A stretch of 23,145 nt of DNA, taken from the NCBI GenBank assembly GCA_027340875.1, contig DAIENX010000097.1:1-23145 (forward strand), in the 5' to 3' direction. Within the stretch, counting starts at the first letter, position 1. The number at the start of each line of letters is the position of its first letter. Both the position numbers and the translations under genes were made by a program. This stretch comes from Elusimicrobiota bacterium (GTDB taxonomy: Bacteria; Elusimicrobiota; Elusimicrobia; Elusimicrobiales; UBA9959). The notes beneath the pieces are model-generated. The model had not been told where the DNA came from, searched no databases, and worked only from the letters and a program-made list of their open reading frames with translations. This document shows positions 9,577 to 18,607 of the stretch, one piece after another.

Positions 9577-11769
9577 CTATATGGGCTGCAGCGGAGCGTA
9601 CTTGAGCATGAAGGTCTGGCGCACGCCGCTGTCGAACACCACGGTGACCTTGGCCAGCTCCCCTGAGCCTATCTGGTCCACCACGCGGCCGGGTCCGTGT
9701 ATCGGATGCATGACCTTGCGGCCTTTGCCCACGCGCGGGATGGACGGCGGCGGCTGGTACGAGGCTATCACCTGCACGTCCTCCTCTCCGCGGCGCGGCG
9801 CCGTTTCCTTGGCCACCTTGCTCTCGTAGATGAAGCGGGAGGCCAGGTTGGGGTAGGTGGTGCCGTAGACGCGGCGGGTGTTGGCCCAGCTGAGGTACAG
9901 GCGTTCCTTGGCGCGGGTCATGCCCACGTAGGCGAGCCTGCGCTCCTCCTCCAGGTCCTCCTCGGAGGAGTTGGCGGCGTTTATCGGAAAAAGGTTCTCC
10001 TCCAGGCCGGTCAGGAACACGGCCGGGAACTCGAGGCCCTTGGCCAGGTGCACGGTCATCAGCGTGACAGCGTGCGCGTCGGTGTTCATCGCGTCCACCT
10101 GGCTGGCGAGCATCACGTCCTCGAGGTACTTGTGCAGGGTGGGGGCCTGGCCTTCCTTGGCGCAGCGCTCCTCGAAATCCTTGACCGCGTTCACTAGTTC
10201 CTGCAGGTTGCCGAGGCGCGCGAGCGACTCCTGCGGGTCCTTCTCCGCCTCGTCCTCGCACATCTTCCAGTAGCCGGAGTTGGTCAGTATCTTTTCCAGC
10301 ATCGCCGAGGGAGTGGCGCTGAACAGGTCGGATTTGACGCCCTCGAGGAGGTCGAAGAACTCCTTGATGCCGCGGCGCGCGGTGTTGGTGATGTCGGGCA
10401 CCTGCTCGGCGGAGAGGAAAGCGTCGTAGAGGGGCATCTCCTTCTGCCTGGAGTAGGAGAGCACGCGCTCTATAGCGGTCTTGCCTATGCCGCGGGCCGG
10501 CAGGTTGATGACGCGCAGCAGGCTCACCGTGTCGCCGGGGTTCACCAGCAGCTTCAGGTAGGCCAGCGTGTCCTTGACCTCCTTGCGCTCGTAGAAGCGC
10601 ATCGAGCCTATCAGCCTGTACGGTATGCGGCGGTTGCGGCAGGCCTCTTCGAAAGCGCGGCTCTGGTTGTTGGTGCGGTAGAACACCGCGATATCGTTGT
10701 AGCCGAGGCCGGCGCGGTTGGTGAGCTGGCGGATCTCCTCCGCCACGCCCTTGGCCTCGTCGTTTTCGTTGTTGAACTCCAGCAGGCGGGGTGGCTCCCC
10801 GTGCTCGGCCTTGGTCCAGAGGTTCTTGGGCCTGCGGTTGCGGTTGTGCTTGATGACCTCGTTGGCCGCGTGCAGGATGCGGGCGGTGGAGCGGTAGTTC
10901 TCCTCCAGCACCACGGTGGCCGCGTCCGGGAAGTCCTTCTCGAACTCCATGATGTTGCGGATGTCCGCCCCGCGCCAGCCGTAGACGGACTGGTCAGGGT
11001 CGCCCACCACGCAGAGGTTCTTGTGCCTGGCCGAGAGGGTCTTCACCAGCACGTACTGCGCGTGGTTGGTGTCCTGGTACTCGTCCACCAGGATATACTG
11101 GAAGTTCTCCTGGAAATATTCCTTTATCTCCTCTTTCTCGTTGAGCAGCTCCACGGTGCGCACTATCAGGTCCCCGAAGTCGAGCGCGCCGGCTTCGACG
11201 AGCTTCTTCTGGTAGCGGTGGTAGATCTTCGCGGCCTTCAGCCGCGCCTCGTCGCCGACGGCCTCGGCGTTTATCATGTAGCTCTGCGCGTCCAGCAGGT
11301 CGTCCTTGGCGCGGGAGATTATCGACAGGTACATCGAGGCCTTGTTCTTTTCCTCGGCGTAGCCGAGCTCCTCCATCGCCAGGTTGATCAGCTTCTTCTG
11401 GTCGTCGTCGTCGTAGATCACGAAGTCGCGCTTCACGCCTATCAGGCTGCCGTGCTGGCGCAGGATGCGCGCGCCCAGCGCGTGGAACGTGTGTATCCAC
11501 ATCCCGCCGGAGTAAGGCACCAGCTTGCCTACGCGGTGCTGCATCTCCTGCGCGGCCTTGTTGGTGAACGTGATGGCCAGTATCCGGGAGGGGGAGATGC
11601 CGGAGGCTATCAGCAGGGCTATCTTGGAGGTGAGCGTCTTGGTCTTGCCGGTGCCGGCCCCGGCCAGTATCAGCAGCGGGCCCGCGAAATACTGCACGGC
11701 CTCGCCCTGCTTAGGGTTGAGGCCTAGCTTTGGCAGCAGCGCGGGGTTGAGGTTGAGGTCCAGGCTCAC
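9577..11769 (-). CDS. pcrA: ATP-dependent DNA helicase PcrA/UvrD (SF1)
   Basis: Motifs LAGAGTGKT, TFTNKAA, DEYQDTN, GDPDQSVYGWRGA, LEENYRST, MTVHLAKGLEF, EERRLAYVGMTRA, and a C-terminal Tudor-like domain (VMHPIHGPGRV...LKYAPL). Confidence 0.95.
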   Translation of the reverse strand: MSLDLNLNPALLPKLGLNPKQGEAVQYFAGPLLILAGAGTGKTKTLTSKIALLIASGISPSRILAITFTNKAAQEMQHRVGKLVPYSGGMWIHTFHALGARILRQHGSLIGVKRDFVIYDDDDQKKLINLAMEELGYAEEKNKASMYLSIISRAKDDLLDAQSYMINAEAVGDEARLKAAKIYHRYQKKLVEAGALDFGDLIVRTVELLNEKEEIKEYFQENFQYILVDEYQDTNHAQYVLVKTLSARHKNLCVVGDPDQSVYGWRGADIRNIMEFEKDFPDAATVVLEENYRSTARILHAANEVIKHNRNRRPKNLWTKAEHGEPPRLLEFNNENDEAKGVAEEIRQLTNRAGLGYNDIAVFYRTNNQSRAFEEACRNRRIPYRLIGSMRFYERKEVKDTLAYLKLLVNPGDTVSLLRVINLPARGIGKTAIERVLSYSRQKEMPLYDAFLSAEQVPDITNTARRGIKEFFDLLEGVKSDLFSATPSAMLEKILTNSGYWKMCEDEAEKDPQESLARLGNLQELVNAVKDFEERCAKEGQAPTLHKYLEDVMLASQVDAMNTDAHAVTLMTVHLAKGLEFPAVFLTGLEENLFPINAANSSEEDLEEERRLAYVGMTRAKERLYLSWANTRRVYGTTYPNLASRFIYESKVAKETAPRRGEEDVQVIASYQPPPSIPRVGKGRKVMHPIHGPGRVVDQIGSGELAKVTVVFDSGVRQTFMLKYAPLQPI

Positions 11770-11863
11770 GAAGGTAATTTTATAATTTTACCGGCCCGTA
11801 TAAGAAGCGCCGTCGGGCCGGGCGCGCCGGCGGTGGCCGCCGTTTTGGTATCATTGTACTGCC

Positions 11864-13111
11864 ATGACGAAAGAGAGACTGGACCTGTTCTTTTCGGCCG
11901 AGGAGAAGTCCGGGGAGCGCAAGATCAACCGCCTGCGCCTGTCCTTCCTGGGCGTCTTCTTCGCCAACGAACTGCTGAACTACCACGCGCTGGGCGTGGT
12001 GGAGTACCGCCTGCACCTGCGCGCGGTCTGGACCATGCTGGCCTGGGGCCTTTACGGTACCGCCGCCTGGTACGCGGTGAACAGGGCCGGGCTCTATGCC
12101 AGGTGGATGAAATACCTCTCGGCCGCGGCCGACGCGCTTTTCCTTACTCTGACGATAATCCTCGTGGAGGGCAACAACGGACCGCTGGTGCCGTTGTATT
12201 TCGTGCTGATAGCCGTGTCCGCGCTGCGCTACAGCTACAAGTCCATACTCGCCTCGGCCGTACTGTCAGCGATGGGCTACGCCGCGGTCTGGCGCTGGTC
12301 GTTCGGCAACCAGAACCTGGTCCCTATCTCGGCCTACGCGGCCGTCATCAACATGCTGATACTGGCGCTGGCCGGCGTGCTGGCCGGCTACGTGGCCAGG
12401 AAGATGCGCCTGCTGGTGTTGAAGTTCGCCGACAGCCAGGTGCGGCGCGAGCTGGCCGAGAGCGCGCTGTCGCGCTACGTCTCCCACCAGGTGGCCAGGA
12501 AGATACTGGAGTCCCCGGAGTCGGAGGCGCTGATGGGAGAGGGCCGCCGCACGCACGCGGCCGTGCTGATCTCCGACATCAGGGGCTTCACGACCATGTC
12601 CGACGGGATGGACCCGGCCGAGCTGGTGAAGCTGCTGAATGCCTACTTCGGCCGCATGGTGGACGTGGTCTTCAGGCACGACGGCACTCTGGACAAGTTC
12701 GTGGGCGACGCGTTGATCGTGGTCTTCAACGACCCGCTGTCGCAGCCGGACGCCGAGTGCCGCGCGGTGGCCTGCGCGGCGGAGATGCAGAAGGAACTGG
12801 CCGCCTTCAACGGGACGCAGACGGCCTCGGGCGGCAGGACGCTCGGGGTCGGTATAGGCGTGCACTGCGGACCCGTGGTGGCCGGCAACGTGGGCTCCTC
12901 CACGCGCATGGATTATACGGTGATGGGGGATACCGTCAATTTCGCCTCCAGGCTGCAGGGCAAGGCGCCGGCCGGGGCCGTATATGTCTCCGGGGCCGTC
13001 AGGGAGGCCACCTCCGGGCATTACTCCTATGAGGACCTGGGGAAGATGGATTTCAAAGGCTACAGCGAGCCCGCGGCGGTATACCGGCTGGCCGGAGCGG
13101 CCGGCGTCTGA
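11864..13111 (+). CDS. Membrane-anchored class III adenylate/guanylate cyclase
   Basis: About 5-6 hydrophobic N-terminal helices, then SDIRGFT, DKFVGDA, GIGVHCGPVVAGNVGS, DYTVMGDTVNFASRLQ. The Lys in DKF and the N..SR catalytic residues fit an ATP-specific cyclase. Confidence 0.92.
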   Translation: MTKERLDLFFSAEEKSGERKINRLRLSFLGVFFANELLNYHALGVVEYRLHLRAVWTMLAWGLYGTAAWYAVNRAGLYARWMKYLSAAADALFLTLTIILVEGNNGPLVPLYFVLIAVSALRYSYKSILASAVLSAMGYAAVWRWSFGNQNLVPISAYAAVINMLILALAGVLAGYVARKMRLLVLKFADSQVRRELAESALSRYVSHQVARKILESPESEALMGEGRRTHAAVLISDIRGFTTMSDGMDPAELVKLLNAYFGRMVDVVFRHDGTLDKFVGDALIVVFNDPLSQPDAECRAVACAAEMQKELAAFNGTQTASGGRTLGVGIGVHCGPVVAGNVGSSTRMDYTVMGDTVNFASRLQGKAPAGAVYVSGAVREATSGHYSYEDLGKMDFKGYSEPAAVYRLAGAAGV

Positions 13112-13133
13112 CGGCTGAGTGCGGCCGTAAAGC

Positions 13134-13162
13134 GAAAGGCCGGCCCAGGGGGCCGGCCTTTC
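13134..13162. terminator. Bidirectional intrinsic terminator between cyclase and DHS-like gene
   Basis: GAAAGGCCGGCCC-AGG-GGGCCGGCCTTTC 13-bp perfect stem between convergent genes. Confidence 0.8.
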
Positions 13163-13180
13163 CTCTTTATCCGCGGGGCG

Positions 13181-14200
13181 TCAGTTGCCCAGCACGTAGT
13201 TGAACATAAGCGGGGCCACTATCGTGGCGTCGCTCTCTATCACGAAGCGCGGCGTGTCCACGTCCAGCTTGCCCCAGGTTATCTTCTCGTTCGGCACGGC
13301 GCCGGAGTAGGAGCCGAAGCTCGTGATGCTGTCGGAGATCTGGCAGAAGTAGCCCCACATGCGCGGCTTCTTCTTCAGGTCGAACTCTATCATCGGCACC
13401 ACGCAGATCGGGAAGTCGCCAGCTATGCCGCCGCCGATCTGGAAGAAGCCCATGCCATTCTTCGTCCTGACGCTGGCCTTCTGGTACCAGTCGGAGAGCT
13501 CCATCATATACTCGACGCCTCCGCGGATGGAAGTGGGTTTCAGCTCGCCCTGTATGCAGTGGGCGGTGAACACGTTGCCCAGCGTGGAATCCTCCCAGCC
13601 GCCCACGAAGATGGGCAGGTTGCGCTCCGCCGCGGCCAGCATCCAGCTGTCCTTAGGGTCGCGCTGGTAGAACTTCTTCAGCTCGCCGGAGAGCAGCAGC
13701 TCGTAGAGGAACTCGTGCGGGAACTTGCGGACGCCCGCCTTCTCCGCCTTCTTCCAGCGGTCCAGGATGCGGTTCTCGACGTTCCTCATCACGTCCTGCG
13801 GTATGCAGGTGTCGGTGACGCGGTTGAAGCCCTTCTTCAGCAGCGCCTTTTCCTCATCGGGGCTGAGGTCGCGGTAATGCGGGACCAGTTCGTAATCCTC
13901 CCCGGCCACCAGGTTGAAGACGTCCTCCTCGAGGTTGGCGCCGGTGCAGGAGATGCCGTGGATCTTGCCCTTGCGGATCATCTCGGCCAGGCTGATGCCC
14001 AGCTCGGCCGTGCTCATCGCGCCGGCCATCGCCAGGAACATCTCGCCGCCGCCGTCTATGTGCTCGCGGTAGGCGTCGGCGGCCAGCTTGAGGGCCAGCG
14101 CGTTGTAATGCTTGAAGTTGCGGGTGATGAACGAGGAGACCGGTCCGCTGTAGGCCTTTTCCCTGGGAAGGCTTTTTTTCGCGGCAATAGTTTTAGGCAT
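13181..14200 (-). CDS. Deoxyhypusine synthase-like protein (bacterial DHS family)
   Basis: Motifs AGAMSTAELG, CTGANLEED, NRVTDTCIP, IGGGIAGDF, GSYSGAVPNEKITWGK (catalytic-type Lys), ESDATIVAPL. SD GAGGAG 7 nt upstream. Confidence 0.9.
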   Translation of the reverse strand: MPKTIAAKKSLPREKAYSGPVSSFITRNFKHYNALALKLAADAYREHIDGGGEMFLAMAGAMSTAELGISLAEMIRKGKIHGISCTGANLEEDVFNLVAGEDYELVPHYRDLSPDEEKALLKKGFNRVTDTCIPQDVMRNVENRILDRWKKAEKAGVRKFPHEFLYELLLSGELKKFYQRDPKDSWMLAAAERNLPIFVGGWEDSTLGNVFTAHCIQGELKPTSIRGGVEYMMELSDWYQKASVRTKNGMGFFQIGGGIAGDFPICVVPMIEFDLKKKPRMWGYFCQISDSITSFGSYSGAVPNEKITWGKLDVDTPRFVIESDATIVAPLMFNYVLGN

Positions 14201-14368
14201 GACAAGACTCCTCGTCGGCGGTTTCGCCGGTTTTTGGTTTATATCGGGATTCCTGCGGGACAGGAGGCTTTCCTGGCGTGCGGCTTGATGCTTGAAGGAC
14301 TGGAGTCAGCTGCGCCCGTAGCGCGGTTCACTTAAGTCTTTCGTTCCCGGCTGGTTCCCCGTATAATC

Positions 14369-14377
14369 AGTTTAGCA
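14369..14377 (-). promoter_or_regulatory. Putative extended -10 promoter for the DHS-like gene
   Basis: Minus strand TGCTAAACT (TGn-TAnnnT) just downstream of the ychF terminator. Confidence 0.4.
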
Positions 14378-14391
14378 AATGACGGGGAAAA

Positions 14392-14418
14392 GAAAAACCC
14401 CTTTTTCAGGGGTTTTTC
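14392..14418 (-). terminator. Intrinsic terminator of ychF
   Basis: GAAAAACCCCT-TTTTC-AGGGGTTTTTC 11-bp stem with a U-rich tail on the minus strand, about 20 nt after the ychF stop. Confidence 0.8.
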
Positions 14419-14439
14419 ATTGGGAAAACGCGGATCCGC

Positions 14440-15513
14440 CTAAACGTTGAACTTGAAGAAGCAGATGTCGCCGTCCTTCATCACGTATTCCTTGCCCTCG
14501 GAGCGGATCAGTCCCTTCTCGCGCAGCGTCTTTTCTTCCTTGTGCTTCATGATGTCGTCGAACGAGTAGACCTCGGCGCGGATGAAGCCCTTCTCGAAGT
14601 CGGTGTGGATACGGCCAGCCGCCTGCGGCGCCTTCAGGCCCCGCCTGAGGCTCCACGCGCGCACCTCGTCCTCGGAGCCCGCGGTGAAGAAGCTGATCAA
14701 GTCCAGCAGCCTGTAGCCCGCCAGCGCCATCTTCTCGAGGCCGGTGTACTCCTCGCCGAGGTCCTTCAGGAACACGGCCTTCTCCTCGTCCGGCAGTTCT
14801 ATGATCTCGGACTCTATTTTGGCCGAGATCTCCACCAGCACGGCCTCGCGGGTCTTCAGGAAATCACGCAGCTTCTGCAGCACTTCCTTGTCCGGCTGCT
14901 CGGAGGTGTTGGCCACGAAGAAGACGGGCTTGGTGGTCAGGAGGTTGAAGTCGCGCATTTCCTCGGCGGTATAGCCCGCGTCGCGCGCGGGCTTGCCCTC
15001 TTCGAGCAGCTTCTTTATCTTCTCCAGCCGCACCTGCTTCTCCTCGGCTTCCTTGGTGCGGGCCTTCAGGTCGCGCTGGTTCTTCTCCAGCGCCTTGTCC
15101 ACGGATTCCAGGTCCGCCAGCACCAGTTCCGTTTCGATGACCTCAATGTCCCGCACCGGGTCTATCTCTCCGAGCACGTGCACCACGTCCGGGTCCTTGA
15201 AAACGCGCACCACCTGCACTATTGCGTCCACCTCGCGTATGTTGGCCAGGAACTTATTGCCCAGGCCCTCGCCGCGGCTGGCGCCCTTAACGAGGCCTGC
15301 GATGTCCACGAACTTGATGTAGGACGGCACTTTCTTCGGCGGCTTGAACAGATCGAACAGCGCGTCCAGGCGCTTGTCCGGCACCGGCACCACGCCCACG
15401 TTCGGGTCTATCGTGGTGAACGGGTAGTTGGAGGAAGCCGCCCCGGCGCGCGTCAGCGCGTTGAACAGGGTGGATTTGCCTACGTTGGGTAGTCCTACGA
15501 TGCCGATTTCCAT
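14440..15513 (-). CDS. ychF: Ribosome-binding ATPase YchF (Obg family)
   Basis: Motifs [43 protein letters not shown], NxxE G4 variant (NTSE), and TGS domain [17 protein letters not shown]. Confidence 0.97.
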   Translation of the reverse strand: MEIGIVGLPNVGKSTLFNALTRAGAASSNYPFTTIDPNVGVVPVPDKRLDALFDLFKPPKKVPSYIKFVDIAGLVKGASRGEGLGNKFLANIREVDAIVQVVRVFKDPDVVHVLGEIDPVRDIEVIETELVLADLESVDKALEKNQRDLKARTKEAEEKQVRLEKIKKLLEEGKPARDAGYTAEEMRDFNLLTTKPVFFVANTSEQPDKEVLQKLRDFLKTREAVLVEISAKIESEIIELPDEEKAVFLKDLGEEYTGLEKMALAGYRLLDLISFFTAGSEDEVRAWSLRRGLKAPQAAGRIHTDFEKGFIRAEVYSFDDIMKHKEEKTLREKGLIRSEGKEYVMKDGDICFFKFNV

Positions 15514-15618
15514 GTGTTATCCTTTAAAAACGCGAAAAAGCCGCATTAATTATACAATTTTGCCGGGTCGGCCCCGCTGTAAGGGCCCCGCGCAAAAAAT
15601 GTAAAATACCCCTACTTT
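15514..15618. promoter_or_regulatory. Divergent promoter region ychF/valS
   Basis: AT-rich. TATAAT on the minus strand at 15549-15554 (ychF) and TAAAAT on the plus strand near 15603-15608 (valS). No convincing -35 seen. Confidence 0.45.
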
Positions 15619-18249
15619 ATGGAAAAGAACGTCTCCCCGATAAAACCCCAGGAGAACGCCGGTTTCCCGGCCAGCTACCTGCCTGCCGAGGTGGAGCCTG
15701 CCTGGTGCGATAAGTGGGAGAAGAGCAAGCTGCATCACTACGACCAGGCCCGCCCGCGCCAGGAGACCTTCGTGGTGGACACTCCTCCGCCGACCGTGTC
15801 GGGCTCGCTGCATATCGGTCACGTCTTCAGCTACACGCAGACCGACATCTTCGTGCGCTTCCAGCGCATGCTCGGCAAGAACATCTTCTATCCGATGGGC
15901 TGGGACGACAACGGCCTGCCCACGGAACGCCGCGTGCAGAACCTCTTCGGCGTGCGCTGCGAGCCGTCGGTGCCGTACAAGACGGATTACAAGTCCTCCG
16001 GTCCGAAAAAGGAACTGAAGGATTACGAGCATATCTCGCGCCGCAACTTCCTGGAGCTCTGCGAGCAGCAGACCGCCGAGGACGAGAAACGCTATGAGGC
16101 GCTGTGGCGCCGGCTCGGGCTGTCCATAGACTGGCGGCAGACCTATTCCACCGTCGGGGCGCATTGCCGCAAGACCTCCCAGCTGTCCTTCCTCGACCTC
16201 TTCAAGAAGGGCCACGTTTACAGCGCCGAAACGCCCACGCTGTGGGACACCACGTTCCGCACCGCCGTCGCCCAGGCGGAATGCGAGGACCGCGAGGCCA
16301 ACGGCTTCTTCCACGACATAAAGTTCCAGGTGGAGGGCGGCGGAGATTTCACGATAGCCACCACCCGCCCCGAGCTGCTCGCGGCCTGCATAGCCGTGGT
16401 CGCCCATCCCGACGACGCGCGTTACAAGGCGCTGTTCGGCAAGAAGGCGCTGACGCCGCTGTTCAAGGCCCCGGTGCCGATAATGCCCTCTTTCCACGCC
16501 GACCCCGAGAAGGGCACCGGCATCATGATGGTCTGCACTTTCGGCGACATAGCCGACGTGCAGTTCTGGCGCGACCACAAGCTGCCGCTGCGCCAGGTGA
16601 TAGGCCGCGACGGGCGCCTGATCCCGGTGCAATTCGGACTGGGGCTTTTCGAGAGCGCCGACCACGCCGCCGCCAACGCCGCCTACGGCCAGCTCGCCGG
16701 CCTGTACGCTAAGCAGGCCCGCACGAAGACCGTGGAGCTGCTGCGCGCCGAAGGTTCGCTCGTGGGCGAGCCGCGCCCCACCAAGCAGGCCGTTAAGTAC
16801 TACGAGAAGGGCGACCTGCCGCTCGAATTCGTGCCGACGAGGCAGTGGTACATCCGCATCCTCGAGAACAAGCCGGCGCTGCTCGAGCAGGGCCGCAAGG
16901 TGAAGTGGCACCCCGACTATATGCTCAAGCGCTACGAGCAGTGGGTGGAGGGCCTCAACCAGGACTGGTGCATCAGCCGCCAGCGTTATTTCGGCGTGCC
17001 GTTCCCGGTCTGGTACCCGCTGGATCACGACGGCGCCCCCGACTATTCCAGCCCCATCGTGGCCGCGGCCGAGCGCCTGCCGGTGGACCCGCAGACCGAC
17101 GTTCCGCCCGGCTATACCGAAGCGCAGCGCGGCAAGCCCGGCGGCTTCATGGGCGACCACGACGTCATGGATACCTGGGCCACTTCCTCGCTGACGCCGA
17201 TGATCTCCAGCGGCTGGGCGACGGACAAGGAGAAGCACGCGCGACTCTACCCGGCCGACCTGCGCCCGCAGGCCCACGAGATCATCCGCACCTGGGCCTT
17301 CTACACCATCACGAAGAGCTGGATGCACGAGAACTCCGTGCCGTGGCATAACGCCGGCATCAGCGGCTGGGTAGTGAGCCCGGATAAGGGCAAGATGAGC
17401 AAGTCCAAGGGCAATACCATCACTCCCGAGGGCCTGCTGCAGACCTATTCGGCCGACGCGCTGCGCTATTGGAGCGGCAAGGCCAAGCTCGGCCAGGACA
17501 CGGTCTACGACGAGAACGTCTTCAAGGTGGGCATGCGCCTGGCCACCAAGCTCTTCAACGCCAGCAAGTTCGCGCTGATGCAGATGAAGGGCCCGGCCGC
17601 CGCCGGCGCCAGGCTCGGCCCCGCCGACATCACCGAGCCGCTCGACCGCGCCTGGGTGGAGCACCTCAAGGGCATAGTCGAGGCTTCGCGCCGGGATTTT
17701 GAAAACTACGAGTACGCCGGCGTGCTGCTCTACGTGGAGTCCGCTTTCTGGGATTTTTGCGACAACTACCTGGAGCTGGTTAAGAACCGCGCCTATTCCG
17801 GCAAGCCGGAAGCCGCGCGCTCGGCCTGCGCGGCGCTGGACTGGACGCTGTCCGTGTTCCTGCGGCTGTTCGCGCCGTTCATGCCTTTCATAACCGATGA
17901 GGTCTGGGGCTGGTCCTACGCGGCCGCCTCCGGCCGGCCGTCGGTGCACAAGGCGCCGTGGCCGTCCTCCGTGGAGATGTCTTCCGCCGCCGGAGACAAG
18001 CTGGTGCTGGAGACCGCCCGCAAGGTGCTGGAGGCCGTGCGCACGAAGAAGGCCGCCGAGAAGCGCAGCGTGAAGTGGCCGGTGGCCAGGCTTTCCGTGG
18101 AATGCGGTCCGAAGCAGGCCGCCGCGCTCAAGCTCGCGCTGGAGGACGTGCTGCTGGCCGGCTGCGTGGACAAGGCGGGGATGACGCTGAAAGAAACCCA
18201 GTCGGACGAAGCCTCCCTCTCCGTCAACGTGGAGCTGGGCGCTGCCTAG
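15619..18249 (+). CDS. valS: Valine--tRNA ligase, archaeal-type (type 2)
   Basis: Motifs DTPPPTVSGSLHIGH, YPMGWDDNGLPTER, IATTRPELL, GTGIMMVCTFGD, DWCISRQRYFGVPFP, DVMDTWATSS, RPQAHEIIRTWAFY, KMSKSKGN. Confidence 0.96.
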   Translation: MEKNVSPIKPQENAGFPASYLPAEVEPAWCDKWEKSKLHHYDQARPRQETFVVDTPPPTVSGSLHIGHVFSYTQTDIFVRFQRMLGKNIFYPMGWDDNGLPTERRVQNLFGVRCEPSVPYKTDYKSSGPKKELKDYEHISRRNFLELCEQQTAEDEKRYEALWRRLGLSIDWRQTYSTVGAHCRKTSQLSFLDLFKKGHVYSAETPTLWDTTFRTAVAQAECEDREANGFFHDIKFQVEGGGDFTIATTRPELLAACIAVVAHPDDARYKALFGKKALTPLFKAPVPIMPSFHADPEKGTGIMMVCTFGDIADVQFWRDHKLPLRQVIGRDGRLIPVQFGLGLFESADHAAANAAYGQLAGLYAKQARTKTVELLRAEGSLVGEPRPTKQAVKYYEKGDLPLEFVPTRQWYIRILENKPALLEQGRKVKWHPDYMLKRYEQWVEGLNQDWCISRQRYFGVPFPVWYPLDHDGAPDYSSPIVAAAERLPVDPQTDVPPGYTEAQRGKPGGFMGDHDVMDTWATSSLTPMISSGWATDKEKHARLYPADLRPQAHEIIRTWAFYTITKSWMHENSVPWHNAGISGWVVSPDKGKMSKSKGNTITPEGLLQTYSADALRYWSGKAKLGQDTVYDENVFKVGMRLATKLFNASKFALMQMKGPAAAGARLGPADITEPLDRAWVEHLKGIVEASRRDFENYEYAGVLLYVESAFWDFCDNYLELVKNRAYSGKPEAARSACAALDWTLSVFLRLFAPFMPFITDEVWGWSYAAASGRPSVHKAPWPSSVEMSSAAGDKLVLETARKVLEAVRTKKAAEKRSVKWPVARLSVECGPKQAAALKLALEDVLLAGCVDKAGMTLKETQSDEASLSVNVELGAA

Positions 18250-18254
18250 GCTCC

Positions 18255-18351
18255 CGGACCTGGCAAAAAAGAGCCGGCCCCTTCCGGGACCGGCTCTTTT
18301 TTTTGTCCGCCAGTTAAATCTGGCGGTCCTTTCAGGATGAAGTTCGAGACT
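18255..18351 (+). repeat. Structured direct repeat, copy 1 (left island boundary)
   Basis: CGGACC-TGGCAAAAAA-[hairpin]-T8-G..[CCGCCAG/CTGGCGG hairpin]-core TGGCGGTCCTTTCAGGATGAAGTTCGAGACT. The core is 27/31 identical to 23010-23040. Confidence 0.8.
18265..18304 (+). terminator. Intrinsic terminator of valS (also hairpin 1 of the repeat)
   Basis: AAAAAAGAGCCGG-C-CCC-TTCC-GGG-A-CCGGCTCTTTTTTTT, 15 nt after the valS stop. Confidence 0.85.
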
Positions 18352-18607
18352 GCAAGGAGAGGGCCAGGCCGGGCGCGCCTGGCCCCCGTGTGGCCGTCGC
18401 ACCCGGCCTGGCCCCTGCCTGAACTGTACCCGCCCATTCATGATACGGCGCAATGACCCACCCGGGATAAATGCCAGTAAACCCGGCATAGGTTTTGTAG
18501 AATTATTCTGTTAGGGTCGGGCGACTTTTGTGATACTTATGTTGGCTTGCGTTTAGTATTCTTACTGGCGGATGCCTATGAAGATCCTTGAGTAATGGAG
18601 TGATTCC

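Noticed and set aside
18321..18420. tRNA gene on the minus strand ending in CCA at 18321 (and at 23010)
   Set aside because: No canonical T-arm, anticodon arm or matching 5' acceptor strand could be folded.
15550..18489. 979-aa antisense ORF over valS
   Set aside because: Mirror-frame shadow of valS with no domain features.
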